DNA of 64,000 nucleotides from Botryllus schlosseri (lineage: Eukaryota). The notes beneath the pieces are model-generated. The model was not told where the DNA came from. It worked only from the letters and a program-made list of their open reading frames with translations, and searched no databases. The stretch covers positions 682,001-746,000 of the forward strand of contig CM119378.1 in the NCBI GenBank assembly GCA_051294905.1, in the 5' to 3' direction. Positions within the stretch are counted from its first letter, which is position 1, and each line of letters opens with the position of its first letter. The position numbers and the translations under genes are program-made. This document shows positions 49,401 through 62,700 of the stretch, piece after piece.

Positions 49401-50771
49401 TACCTTCGGTTGGTCACCGAAATTTCAGCCATTCTCAAACGACCACAAATCGAGGAGGTAGGTTGGATCCGGATTGTAAACAGGTCACAAGGGAATCTTA
49501 CCTTTTATAGTTTTGACTCGAGTCAATTTAAGTCGAGTCATTTTCAACTCACTACCGTGTATAGTCCTTGTCCAAGTTATACAGGTCGCTCTCGAGCTCC
49601 AGTCATGTTCACTCACTTTTTGACAACTTTACTTCGGGCGAGATCGAATGCCTCGCATTCATAATATACTCATTTCTTGCACTCATGTCACATGTTTATT
49701 AAAACAGTTAAAGACAGTCTCTGACCCTTTACGTACTGATTACGTACTGATAGACAAGATGTGAATATTGTGGTAACTTCCCTGTTCTGCCTTGGCTGTC
49801 TGCACTCATGCTAATATACAATAGTCGACATGTCATTCGGCGCGATTCAAGCACGAAATATTATTAAAAGCCCAATGTTGAAAACCAGACCCAACTTCGA
49901 CCGCCAGACAGTAGTCCCTCCAGAAAGCTATTGAAATAGATGACTTAGTAAAGTCAATAAACGCAAATTGACTTAAGGCGAGTCGAGTCGAAATATTGAC
50001 GATATCAAGGAATTTTGGGTATAAAATTTGTTTGAAACCAAGTTTTCTCTAGGTTCCCGTGTGTTATATGATAAGTTTTAGGTGTCACTACAAACTCCAT
50101 AGTTACACAAAACGTGCGTATCAGTTTAGTTGAGGCTAAATCCGATTAGGAGATACTATGGGGTATTATGGAATTTAGGTCTAAAATCTTTTTAAACCAA
50201 ATTTCTTTAGGTTCCCAAGGGTTATATGATAAGTGTAGGCTGGTATCACGTTGTATAACTCCCAGAATTTTATCAAACGCGCGTAACGTCATTCAAGACT
50301 CGATTCGAACCGATCGCAATTTTTTTTCCATTTCTATAGAAACCGTGAGCGAGATTTCCGCCGTTGACTGGACTTTGATTTCGGCGATTGTTGCATCATC
50401 AGTGGCGTTGTGCGCCTTAATCGCGCTCACTGTCGTCTGTTGCAGGTGAGTTCAAACCTGATTCTTGTGTCAAATAACACCGAAAACCGAACCTTACTTT
50501 CAGGAAAGAAGCGAACCGAACCGAACAGAAGATGGCAGAGGCAGAACCGAACTACGAACAACCGAAAGCGACCCCTGTTTATGAAGAGATCAACCATTTC
50601 CGAGTGCCAGAATACAACGAGTTTGGGCGTGCTCGTGCGGTTACGGAGCCCGCTTTCCGGAGATTCGAGGTTTCCGAAGACGCCGAAGTATCCGGATACA
50701 ACAGAATTGATCGGAGAAGCGAAAGACTGCCGGCGAGGCTCCCGCCTTTGCCTCCGGAATTGGACATTTGA
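46432..50771 (+). CDS. Receptor B: type I membrane protein, divergent CUB-like domain + Tyr/Pro-motif tail; exons 46432-46474, 48941-49123, 49191-49457, 50340-50445, 50504-50771 (288 aa)
   Basis: Manual assembly, 867 nt open. Signal MKFGYAWISVFVCV-AMFSASYS; YEFTFP....VLIFNIT...LEIEYRIANC; TM WTLISAIVASSVALCALIALTVVCC-RK; tail NYEQP, VYEEI, EYNEF, GYNRI, RLPPLPP. One GC-AG intron (49124-49190). Confidence 0.8.
47064..47360. mobile_element. hAT MITE left arm, related to 10757-11020 and 13589-13625
   Basis: CAGGGGTCACCAACACGCGGCCCGCGAGGTCA followed by about 250 bp similar to 10757-11020. Confidence 0.7.
48129..48626. mobile_element. hAT-type MITE in receptor B intron 1
   Basis: TIR TAGGGCTGGGCA; perfect TSD CTCACGAT. 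Related degenerate copy at about 52870-53285. Confidence 0.9.
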
Positions 50772-51194
50772 AATTATGAGCGCGCCTGTATTTCTGGCAT
50801 GATACGCGTGCCTGCGTGCAAATGGGGTGTCGCGGGTTTGTTTGTGCACCCATTCTCGTATTGCGGCCACTCGAATTCGCTAAAGTGCGAGTATAACCTC
50901 AACAGGAGATGTACCGGATCAGTATTTTAACTGTACGGGAGTCCGGCAAGTTTTTCCGAAACAGAACTGGTTCCGGATTTGCATTTTTAGCCCGAGATCC
51001 GGATCCAGACAAGATTCTAAATTTCTAGTGCACGAAAGTGTCTTTCAGTGTTTCACTTTAATGTTTTTTAGCAACTTGAACGTGTTGCTGAATTACACGA
51101 ACATATCGAAGAATTCTTGGTAGTGAACTTGAATCCATTGCTGAGTTGTATTGATAAGGATATCGACGACAGGGCAACCGACGCTTAAAAGATT

Positions 51195-51748
51195 CTGTGT
51201 CCTGAACATGAAAGATATGCGGAAACGAGAAATCGCCAAGTTTATGTATCAGTACCATTGTGGTCACTGCCCCGATAATTTCAATGACTTTTTTTACCTC
51301 TGTATCAAAAGTACATAAGTACAACACACGCGCATCGTCGTCGTCCAAGTATCATATCGTCGACGCGAAAGATCATCGTTCTATCAAGTATGCCGCACCT
51401 GAAGAGTGGAACAGTATCTCGCAGGCTATCCGACAGTCGTCGAGCATACCCAAATTCAAGTCGAAATACCAGCAATTTCTTCTGTATGAATACTATAGTC
51501 AGCCCTCAACATTTACCGGACCACGACCTGACATGCCGATCTCGAATTCCGTCACAAGCCCCCTGATCTTATCCCTAATTATTATATATTATCTTCTTTA
51601 ACTTTCATTCAGTGCGCATGTCTCCTATTTACATCGCCCAGGTGGGTGTCTGATCTCAAAGACGACTCCAAGTCGTTTCGGCACCTTCCCATCTTTCATT
51701 GTATCGCAGTCTTGTTTTGTTTTGAAATGATGAAATTTTATGAATAAA
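51195..51748 (+). mobile_element. 5'-truncated CR1/L2-group LINE copy
   Basis: EIAKFMYQ...HKYNTRASSSSKYH...RSIKYAAPEEWNSI...FKSKY (frameshifted) plus a 3' UTR homologous to 2796-3435. Confidence 0.85.
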
Positions 51749-54071
51749 TTTGAACTCGAACTTGAGCAGGATTACTTGCGGGTCCGGATATCAACATTAT
51801 AGGCAGAAAAAATATCTGGATTTCATTTTATCGAACAGGATTGAATCCAAAACCATGCTAATTTCTAGTCCATACCGAATTTCAGGTCCTCTCTCCGAAA
51901 TAAAGTTGGAATCTTCCGATTCGATGAGTTTCAGCCGCATTTTCCGCTCGCTCGTAAACAGCGGAATTCCCGCGCGGCCGACTTTCAGTCGAAAACACTT
52001 CGAGTTTGTAGCTCGCGGTGAGTAATTCCCCGCAATTACCGGAATACGATTCCTCCATCAGCTTCGATTCATCTAACGCTCATCTCAACTCTACCCAGTG
52101 TTGTTGGTGTAGTTGTTTGGGTCTTCATGATGTTAGGACTACCTTGGTCATTTTATACCAGGCCGATATTCTTTTGTATGATTTCTGAGTTGTACCACGG
52201 CCCAAGTTCGGCCATACCCATAAACAGTCGAGCGGGAACTACAAAGTCGGTCGCAAGCCAATGGTATTGCAGATGTGGAACCACAACGCTATCTCGTCAC
52301 CTTATTCGCTTTAGTCTTGTGCAAACGGTATCAATAAAAGAAATATCAAACGTGTCATTGCGTTAGCGAGGTAGCAGCTTTAACATATTGATCAAAATCG
52401 AACACAGACGACAATAAATCGATCGATCGATGAAAAGGTTGCTCCGAACGTGCATGCAACGTCACGGTCGACTGAACGATACAAAAATATCGAATTTGAC
52501 GTCATCATTCAATATATTGTTAGATTTCGGTTTCATTCCCTCTTTGGCGTTACACTTCCATGAACCACGACGTCACAGTTTCTATACCAGGAAGGCCGCA
52601 AATATCGAGCCCGGATTTTCATTTCTCACGAGACGAGCGGGAAAGTTTGCATTATGCCTTCAGGGCGCTCTGTCACGCGACAAGCGATATTTTGGGGTCT
52701 GTTGCGTCAGAGATCGCATGAGACGAAAACAGATTAGCAGTTAGTAGTGTGAGTGAGAATCAGAGTAGATGCGAAGCTGTATTCTGTAAAACTTGTTTGG
52801 CCTGTTTCACTACCCGCATAATTAATGCATATAAGTCTATGTTGCCTCGTCCTATAACGTTTTATCGTTAGTAGGGTTGGGCTCAATCATGATTGGAATC
52901 GACTAGTGAGAGTTCAGCTAAGAGTTAAAGAGTTATACGAAACATTTTAAGATGAAGAAGACGTTATGTATTTTTGTCCTTGGTGTTTTTGTGGCATATA
53001 CACCGACTCATGATATGCATACACAATACACATGTAGTACAACGCTACGCACGTTAGCGGAAATGGCATATCTGTGAAATTGTGATGAACTCACAGCATT
53101 GTTATAAAGTGCAATAAAATAGACATGGTGAAAACATACCAAATTATCTTTAATGTAGTGTGGAACTAGTGTTATATTCCTTCTGGTCGCATAAAAGGTA
53201 CAAAAGTACTCATATGGCGTCATCATGAGTGATACTCGAATCCTCCAATCGAATCGAATAGTCGAAGCCAAGTACTCGCCTATAATTATTTTGTAGAAAG
53301 CACTTTCGAAGCCACCCGACCGACCTTTGCTACGTCACGACGCTATGAGTCATCTCCAGTAGGTCGAGTTATTCGTGGTGGTAAGCACATAAATCTTTCA
53401 GGTTTTCAACAGCGGCATCTCACGAGTATTTTCGCGTCCTGCGCGTGTGAAGTGAACACGTTTTTTGCGCTTTAACGCCGTAAAACACGTCCGGTGCGTC
53501 ATCAGCATATGGACGCGGATACGAGTCAGAATGTGACCAGCGGTAGTAGTCTATTGAAGGAAATACTTAAGCCACAGTTGGACAACTTAACTACTATTAG
53601 AATGATAGCTATATCGTCATTTTCAAATTAGATTATGATTATAGTTACTGAATTCGCAAAAACTAGGAGACCGAATTAAATACGGAATTAGTAATACATG
53701 CAACAAAAATCAAGCTCAGTTCAAATAAGAGTTGATCATGATAATGGCAAATGCACGTACACGGAGGTTTGGCTCGTTTCGACTATCCAGTTCTCCTGTG
53801 GCATTTTCAGGGCAACAGGAATTATATTAGAATTAAAATTAGAGCATAGAGACTGTTCATAAATTAGATTAGAATTATATTACCAGTATTGCGCTCTAAT
53901 GAGTCTAATTAGGCAGCAAGAACAAATGTTTAAAGTCATTTTGAAGTCTGCAATTTCCAGCTGTGAAATAGGATTGCCGCTAATTCATGTCTTTGTATAT
54001 ATGCACGTGCAGCTACCTATTTGGAATAGTTTTTTTAACAATCAATCACAGAAGAAGCCCGCCAGCTATAG

Positions 54072-57000
54072 ATGATGGAGACGAATGTTCTGTTTGCTGC
54101 CGCGTTGGTGGTTTGCCCTGCCCTTGCCGGTTAGTTTTCTATCGCGAGTTCTGAATTCTATAAATATGCGAGGATCAGGGTATGGCGAATGTAACTACAG
54201 TTGACCGATTCCAATATCTCGGATAATATCGAGTCGATATCACACGTTGAAAGAAATCGGTATCGGTAAAAATAGATCGGTAATTTTCGTGCAGTCGTAA
54301 CATGGTATAGTAAGGGAGTCGGAGGACTATAATCTGCTACTGCTTTATCGAGAACAATTATATATTTCTTAAAGGTTACAAGTGCCCAGATGCAGCCTTT
54401 CTACAGTTTATTTCACGTCCATTGTCCAAGCATAATAACGGCTGTAATGTAAAGCTGTCCAAATTATTTGTAGTCCTTCTATTTTGAATACCGTCTGAAT
54501 ATATCGGGGATTACCGGTGCAGGCGTTAGTTATCGGTTTTTTCGGTATCGGCTTGAAAATCCGATATCGGTCTGACTCTATATTAAACCACGATCTTGAA
54601 AATTTCTACGCAGCAGTGACTTCACACCCATTCGTATTTCCGTTCGATATTTACGCGCGGCCCGTCGTCCTGAACGGGTGGGTCGGATCAGTGAACGCGT
54701 CGAGCGATGCAGAGAAATCCGACAGCAACCATCTGAATTGGCACTTTAACGTCCCGCCGGGACCGAGAAACTTGATATCTGTGCGTTTCGAGCAGCTACC
54801 TGAAGACACAGAAAGCCTCACTCTGGGGCGAGGTGAGTTGCAGAAACTATCCTGTCGCAATATGCTGGTGAAAATCTCTAGTTACGATATGACAAAAGGA
54901 ATTCCTACCCTTAACGGATGGTTTCAATAAAATTTATCTGATGCAATAATGTTCCATTTGAGCTTCGGTCAGTGTAGGCCAGTGCTTCTTAACCTGGGAT
55001 CCCACGAACCCCATACAGGGGCTCGCAAGTCTTCTCGGGGTCACGCTGTGGGTCAAGAAACACACCATCACACCAGAAGTGTTCAATGACGAAATACTTC
55101 TACTTTTAGAAGATCTTTTCTACTTGAACGACCTCCTCAAGTGGTTATGAATATACACTACTTCTAGTGACAGTTTTTAGTTTTTCAGGCAAAACTGGAC
55201 CTAGCGCTAGCATACCTACTTTGTACTTACTTGTAAATCGCAAGTTATACTCTTTGGGGTATAAAGTTATGGAGTTACTTCTACTTCTACTTGAGTAGCG
55301 ATGGTAACGACTTTAACCACCTTAATGTTCCATTCATAATATTTTAGTTTTATCTGAACTATTAACCGATGTCGCCGAGTTAGTGATGTTGTGTCATAGA
55401 TTGCTATCATTATCACCCGTAATGTGACGTAATTTCCAAGATATGTAAGAGATGGTATTTCAGACTACGACGCACCATGATATAGTTGATAAGCGCCATT
55501 ATACTTTTACAAGACTAAAAATAGGCTAGGTAAGAAATCCAATTCTTTATGCCGTAGGACGTCATAGGCAGACTTCACCATACCTACTTATGTAAATGGA
55601 TTGGGAGGTATCGTTTTCAAGTATGTAACAAGACATTTACTGCTCGAAACAATAAGTATAACTCAATTCAAGTGAGGTTTAGTTACATGCACATGATTAA
55701 AAAAATAAGGGATAGTAAATTATTAATACTGTAGTACGTATACGGCTCAGTCCAAGGCAGCTCTACTGTAACACCTCACGTCACCAGGGGTAACGTCTCG
55801 TTACCGCACCATTATGCTAAGTGGATTTAGTCTTCATTTAGCGTTGTTTGCTTCTCCATAGATGACTTGCATCCCGGTTAAAATCTTTTAGCTTTTAATC
55901 CCTATTATTTTGTGGTACCGGTGCCTGGCTTAGTGAGGTATTTGATATATTAATGTACTAATTTGACCCTGTATGTGTGTGTGTTACTCAGTGATGCAGT
56001 ATAGGCCTACTGCATTTTATCAAGTCCTTTGGTATCACAATATGGTACAATACGACGAAGCTGAGGGTATAACCGTTGTGCGTTTATGGGATCACTGCCG
56101 ATTGACGCAGTGTAGCGCATCTGCAATTCATTTATCACCCAACGATAAAAGTATATTTAATTCGTTGTCTTCATTGACGCTTGTTAATGAAACAAACAAA
56201 ATTCGTTTAATTCGGACAATGCCGTTTTTTTCTCGCTTAATTCGCCCAAAAGTGAGCCGAACCAAAGTGTCCGAATAAAGCGTGTACGAATACGCTGATT
56301 ATGATAATTATAAAGAGACCATACCGAAAATTGACTCGTGACTTTCATAGCATCACTCGTCTCGTACAGATGGCGCGGAACCCTTCCTAAAATCGGACGT
56401 AAGCTGCTACTATTTCGCTTCTCCAAACCAGACTGAACCGAAATGCAGCGATGATCAAGTGGAGCAAACGTGCGAGTTCGTCGTTTTTCCCGGACAAACA
56501 AACTATTTGAATATGTTTTACAAGTCGACCATTCGGCCAGATTTCAGTTTCAAATTTGAGTATGTGGATTGTCAAGGTATGTATAATAAAGACGTCACTC
56601 CTTCACCAAATAACACCCCTATGTTGTTACACTCCACCAGGAAAATCACTGCTCGCTGTCATCCCACCTCAAAGCACCTCTGCTACTTCTAGCACGTCAT
56701 CAACATCGACTTCTAAGTCATCAATTGCAACTAGCACGTCCGACATATTGCTCTCAACGACCGGCAATCTAGCGACTCCGACGCCGACCAAAGATGACAA
56801 AAATCGCGGCGAAATCGCGCCTTCAACACCAGCCTTGCAATCAGCTGGCATCGAGCCCACGACAGTCGCAGTGATCGCTGTGGCCTCGATTCTAGCGATC
56901 TTGTTGGCGGTATTTCTGGTGATCTGCACCAAAAGGTAGCTGTTTAGCTTACTGTATCTATTCTCTTTTGGGAAGCACGGATCGGGATCCTGTTCGGTAA

Positions 57001-59029
57001 AGCGGAATACTGATCCAATCCAGACCCCGTTTCTACTTGAGTAACAATGACAACAAACTTGGTCACCTCTGGTTGTAGAGGTAGTTTTCTATTATGCCCC
57101 AGGCAATGCATTGAGGTTTGCTGGAAGTCTGCGTAATGCAGGAGCTAGCCGAGTTCAAGTCGACACAAAGCAACAAAGTAAACAAACACGCAGTCACTTT
57201 CTAGAAATTTAAAATTCTGTCCTGATCCGGCACTCGGGTAACAAGTTAGAATCTGCTGGGTCAGACCTTATTAGTAACACTGGTATCCACGACTTCTCCG
57301 TTTAGCGCTCAACATTACCGGGATAATATGGAGGTGTTGTTGCAAGACTTCCAAAGCCTTAAAGGGCTATTTCTGCACCCTCCTTGTGCAGTACAGCGAC
57401 ATATGCACATCATGCACCATGGTATGCATATGGACAGATCGTGTGTATGTATATCATGAGTAGGTGTGTATGTCGCAAAAACATGGACTAAAATATGCAA
57501 CGTCCTATTTTGTATCCACTCCCGTTTTAAAAAAACGTGTCAGATATCTCTCCAGTTATAATCCAAAATCTCTACTATTCTCACAATGCGATAGCTGTTC
57601 TGTAGCTATGTTCGCCCCTCACCCTAATACCAACTGTACAACTTTACTGCGATGTCTCTACAAGACTGCTATGTGTTCCATATGTTATCAGTGGGGCAAG
57701 TTTTTGTTGTACTAAAATCGTGAGAAAACTGCACTTAATTTTAATAAAAGTTGCGGTAAGAAGTTGCATTTATAACTTTTTATAATCATTTGGGTATGAG
57801 ATACTCGAAAGGTTTCGTTGTATATCTCAACAGTTCAAGATTTACAGGATATCTGCTTGTTTCGTTTATTTGTTCGCTATTCAATCTATCCTGCACACAC
57901 ATTTATGTTCTTTGGTTTCAAACCTACATGGCATCATTTCACTGTCAGCTCCCACAGAGCTGTCAAAGTCGGTACTTCCCCATTTCACGGACGCGACCTA
58001 GGCCTATTACATTTTGTCCGGTACGCAGCATGAAAATAACACGATTCAGACATAATTTAGTTGGTTCATAAAAAAGTCAAACACCATGACCCAAACATCC
58101 CAAGTCTGCAAACTTGGTCGAAGGAAATGCAGCAAAACTCAGTGTTGGCTATAAAATCAATAGCCAGAAAAGGTGACATATTAAAAATGTAATTTTCGGC
58201 GGTCTCGCCTGGGCGTCCGTGAAATGGGATAGGGCCTCAAATTTACACGACAGTGAATCAACCAAGCAATCGATTTATATATAGTTCATCCACTTCGGGC
58301 TGGAACTTCTAGCTTACATAGATAACATTGAGATGCAGCTAATCCATCACATAGCTCTTTGGTGCACATATCAAAGAGAGAAACATACCATAAATAGTTT
58401 TATAGCATGTTTTTGAAATAACTCCATTATATGTTGCGCAATACTTGGTAAAATTTGCACTAAAATATCGAAAGAAAAAAGAAAAAGTCGCAAAAAGCTG
58501 CACTATGAGATTCCTTAAAACACCTTAAAACATACTACATATATTTTGAGTATTTCGGAAGCTCCAGGAAGCTGTAAAAAAGTTGAAAACTTGCCTTTGT
58601 TATAAGTATATATGTTGTATTTGTATATGTGTTATATGATCAATATGCTCTACATGTCTACATTCTTAATCCGTCCTACATATTCGCTTGTTCAGGTTTA
58701 GGCGTAATCGGGAAGAAACCAAAGAGGACGACTCTCGCAAAGCTTCAACGGGAAACTCCGTATCGCCATCTATCGACCCATTGTACGAAGAAATCGCACC
58801 CAAACTGCCGAACCGCAACTCGAATATGAGAGAACCAGGTTACGAGATCCCGCTCTGCGTGGTCACAGAAAACGACAATTCAAATCCCTCTCAAAAATAC
58901 GGTTTGACTGAAAATCAACTTTATCGGAAGTCAAGCGACGCGAACCATACTAGCGGCGAATCAAATCTTGTTGCAACAGAAAAATCAGATCCGAACTCGA
59001 TCTCGAACGTCCTCTACGATATGAGATGA
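54072..59029 (+). CDS. Receptor C: type I membrane protein, CUB-like domain + S/T stalk + Tyr-motif tail; exons 54072-54129, 54614-54832, 56370-56576, 56641-56935, 58696-59029 (370 aa)
   Basis: Manual assembly with all GT-AG junctions, 1113 nt open. Signal MMETNVLFAAALVVCPALA; LNWHFNVPPGPRNLISVRF...LNMFYKS....FSFKFEYVDC (CUB-like); S/T stalk; TM VAVIAVASILAILLAVFLVIC-TKRFRR; tail LYEEI, PKLPNR, GYEIP, NQLY, NVLY. Confidence 0.82.
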
Positions 59030-59782
59030 GATCAAGGGCCGGGATTCATAATTCTTCCTCTCGAAGGATCTTACTCCTGGAAACAGATGTCTTAGCACAT
59101 CATAAACAGCATCTATGGAGCAATCACCTTATTTTGGGGTTCCTGCTTCTGACGTAAGCCGTTGCCAAGACGACGATGAGAAGCGCCAGCAAGGTTATGG
59201 AGATTCCAACAGCGATCGCAGTCTCGCTACTGCTGAAACATAATGAGAAGAAAAATACAAATTGGCTGTCATGTTAAAGACACAAACTAACAGACGCAAC
59301 ACGAATGATATACGGGGAGCGAAAATAGCCTAAAATGAGTCTAATGAGAGGCATTAGGTTTGTAGACTAAACGAACCTCACGCCACCAGCCTGACAGCCA
59401 CTTCCTTCCGGCCATTTAGTTGAGATGCCGTTTCCATAGAGGCCAGGCTGGCAAACGCATATCGCCGACGTGTTGGCGGTAGGTGGAAGGTCGGAGCAAT
59501 TAGCGGCCTCGTCGCAGTATCGGCCGCCGAAGTCGTTGTCAACGTTGCACGCGTCAAAGTCTGGAAAAGGTCACTTCGGTTGAGGAAGGGAGAATAAACA
59601 CAGATAGGAAAAGAGTCTAAGTCAGAGGTGTGAAACTCAACGTGTGTCGCGGGCCGGATTCAAACCTTCAGATCGCTCGCCAGCCGGATTAGTCAAATGA
59701 TTCTAAAATGTTAAATCCATGCCCTTGTTTTTCACTTGAACACCTTATTACCAAGCCTATACACGTGATATTATATTATATT

Positions 59783-62700
59783 CAGAGGTGGTCAGTAACG
59801 AAGTACTTCTACTTTTTCGAAGTACTCAAATAGATTTCCTCTACTTCTGGTACTTACTCAAGTAGATCTGATTTTCTCTACTTCTACTTCGTAATATTTT
59901 GTGATCTGCTTACTTACTATTCGCTATTTTTAGTATGTCAAGTAGAAGTAGTTTAACCCCCCAATACGAAAGATAGCCTGAGGAATTTCGGGGCTGTTTT
60001 CACGGAGTACCAACATTTAACATTCATAAAAGTCAAGCAAAGCCCAGAAATTTTGTTGCGCTTCGCGCATAGTAGTTATGGAATGACATATATGTTTTCA
60101 CGAAAGTACCAGTGAATATAATTTAGGCACCGGATTGCTTATGGTTCCGCTCGCACCGCATTGCACCGATATCAAATATTTCATAACGTTTGAAACTACC
60201 GTTTTGCAATCTAGCAATTACCTATCCTGTCGTTATCTAGCATCCCATGACGTGTCCTGCTAATTTGGAAAATCTGCCTTTTGGGAAAGTTACACTTGTT
60301 TAAGCAGATCACCTTTAAAGCATTATGGACAAAAGACATGAAATACATTTTCCGCTTTCTAGAAGTGGTAGGCTATTTGTATTTCTATTTCAATTCCGAG
60401 TATGATACTCGGAGTATCATACTTCGAGTTCTAATTACTTTCAATTCTTTTGTTTGCAGAACATACATGTTGAAACATAGAAGCAAGTGTAGTAATGCCC
60501 AGGCCGATTTAATATATCGCAATTGCCTTAATATATCGCAATGAGATATATTAAGCCTCGAAAAGTGCGATATATTAATCTGCCGTACGGCAGGCCGTGG
60601 GGCGCTTCCTAGGCCGTGAGCAGCTCCTGGCACTTGTCATTCCTTACTTAACCTGTTGAACATGCCTCCTGGACGCAAGTATCCATGTCAAAAGGCCTAT
60701 ACGTTGAGCGACTCGGCATAGGCGTTGCAACTTGCAAGCAGTGAAATGTTACCCTGCGATCAGTTACGATTGGTTTCTGCGGTCAGTAAGTGTTAGGACA
60801 AAGTAAAGAACAAAACAATGTAATCTATGGGAGTATAAGTGCCACTGTGATTGTGGCTACGTGGCAAGAACGACACTGCGTCTACAGGACCGCATATAAC
60901 AACATGCCTCCTGAACGCAGGTATCCATTTCAGAAGGCCTACGTTGAGCGATTCGGCATACGCGTTGCAAGGCGTGATGCCAGAGGCGTCGTTGATTCCG
61001 CTGTGTGTTCTTTCTGCCAAGTGTGTGGTCGTGAAACCCATCTAACTGATGCAGCAGTTCGGAAACGCAAGAAGACCAAGGTGTTCCAAACGTTCACGAA
61101 GGACAAGTTCAATCCAGGAAATATTCTCAAGCATATGCAACAACAGCATCCGAATATGTGGAAGGAGTAGGCCTACATTCAAGCAAGAGATAATCAGGAA
61201 GAAGCGCCAGACGCTTTCAAATAGTTCTTCTCTCAGGCTCAGCTGCAAGCGTTCTTTTTCAAGAAGGACGACGTGAATGGGAGGTTGTCATACTCCATTG
61301 ACAAGTAGATTGTCGAGGTCGTCGTCAAAGGGATGTTGTTCGACTCGACCGAAGAGTCATTGGCTGGAAACATCGCGATGCGTGCGTTCACGCCGGTGAA
61401 GAACGAAGCTGGTGACCTGACATGCTACAGTGTTACCATTCGAAACAAGGCACAATTTAACCATGAGCTTGATTGTGTTGCTGCAGCTCTCAGCTTTCGT
61501 CAGGTTGCAAACGTTGCGCGATCTGATCGAGAAAATTTGGCTGCTGCTGCTACGAAAGTGGGCACCATATCACCGGGAGAAGCCACGAAAATATTGCGTA
61601 TTGCATGTGAGATTGGTTTGCAGACGCTGTCTGAAATCATGAAAGCGTCGTGGGCACTCTCCATTGGCTGCGAGGAGTCGAACAATAAGGTTTCACAGGA
61701 CTCCCACCTTGATTTGAGGATTCGATTCCCATCGGTTGTTGGATTTGAAGGCAGTGATGAAGTCACGAATGAGTTCCATCTTCTTGTCATAGCATTGTTT
61801 TCTCTCTCGCACACAGGGAAAGTTTATGCTGACCAATTTATCAAGCTCATGGACGCTTTGTGTTGGGATTGGCGCATGAAGTTGATTGGTTCATCAACGG
61901 ATGGAGCTGGAAATATGACAGGCCATGCCACAGGGTTCTCGACCCTCGTAGGGAATGAATCTTAAGCGTATTATCGTTTGTGGTGAGTTGCGCATCAGCT
62001 CGACCTCGTCACAAAGAAGGCAGTGACTAAACTCGACGATTGTGGTGTATAACATAACTTTCTCAAGAGGATCACAGATGAGCACCTTCTATTGCAAGAG
62101 GCCGTTGCCAAAGAGCCCAGATTCAAGGCTTCGTTGCTGAAGGTGGAAGACAGTGCGTCCTTCAACAAGGTGTGGGGGCTACCGCTGGACAGCGTTTTGC
62201 ATCCTTACGTCAGTTTGCTGCTGGTTTAGCAGCGGTCATGCCCACCACATCTCGTGTGAAAGCAGACTTCTCCTTGATCAACTACCGCAAAGACGAGTTC
62301 AACTCTGCACTCTCTGATTTTTCTCTTGAAGGTGTCTTGTTTGCTCGACAAAGAAAGGACCTCGGTTCGTTGTTGGCGTGTTTACACGAGCAGTGCATTA
62401 AACGATATTTTTCCTTACAAAACCAGTGCTTTCAATGCCTTTTGGTTGGTTTAGATGGGGTGCGATATTTGCGATATATTAATAAGGGCTCTAATCTGCG
62501 ATATTTTAAGTAATATATCGCAATATTGCATTGCGATATATTAAATCGGCCTGGTAATGCCTCTATTTTCCGAAAATAAAGCTACACTAAATATAAATTT
62601 TATGATCGACAAATCGCGCAAAGTGTTCAAACCGTATCCGATACAACTTCTCCGTATTGCTCTTCGCCTAAACTTCGGGCCTTATAATATGGGGTAGGGC

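Noticed and set aside
50504..50771. Canonical ITAM/ITIM in the receptor tails
   Set aside because: YxxL/I pairs lack 6-12 residue spacing and most sites lack the ITIM -2 residue; reported only as generic SH2/PTB motifs.
45900..52700. NF-kB-like and CRE motifs upstream of the receptor genes (e.g. 46014, 51963, 52497)
   Set aside because: Short or imperfect matches expected by chance; TSSs unknown.
56351..56436. Alternative acceptor at 56350 for receptor C exon 3
   Set aside because: Shifts the frame to a stop at 56434-56436 mid-domain; the acceptor at 56369 keeps the frame and the CUB-like end.
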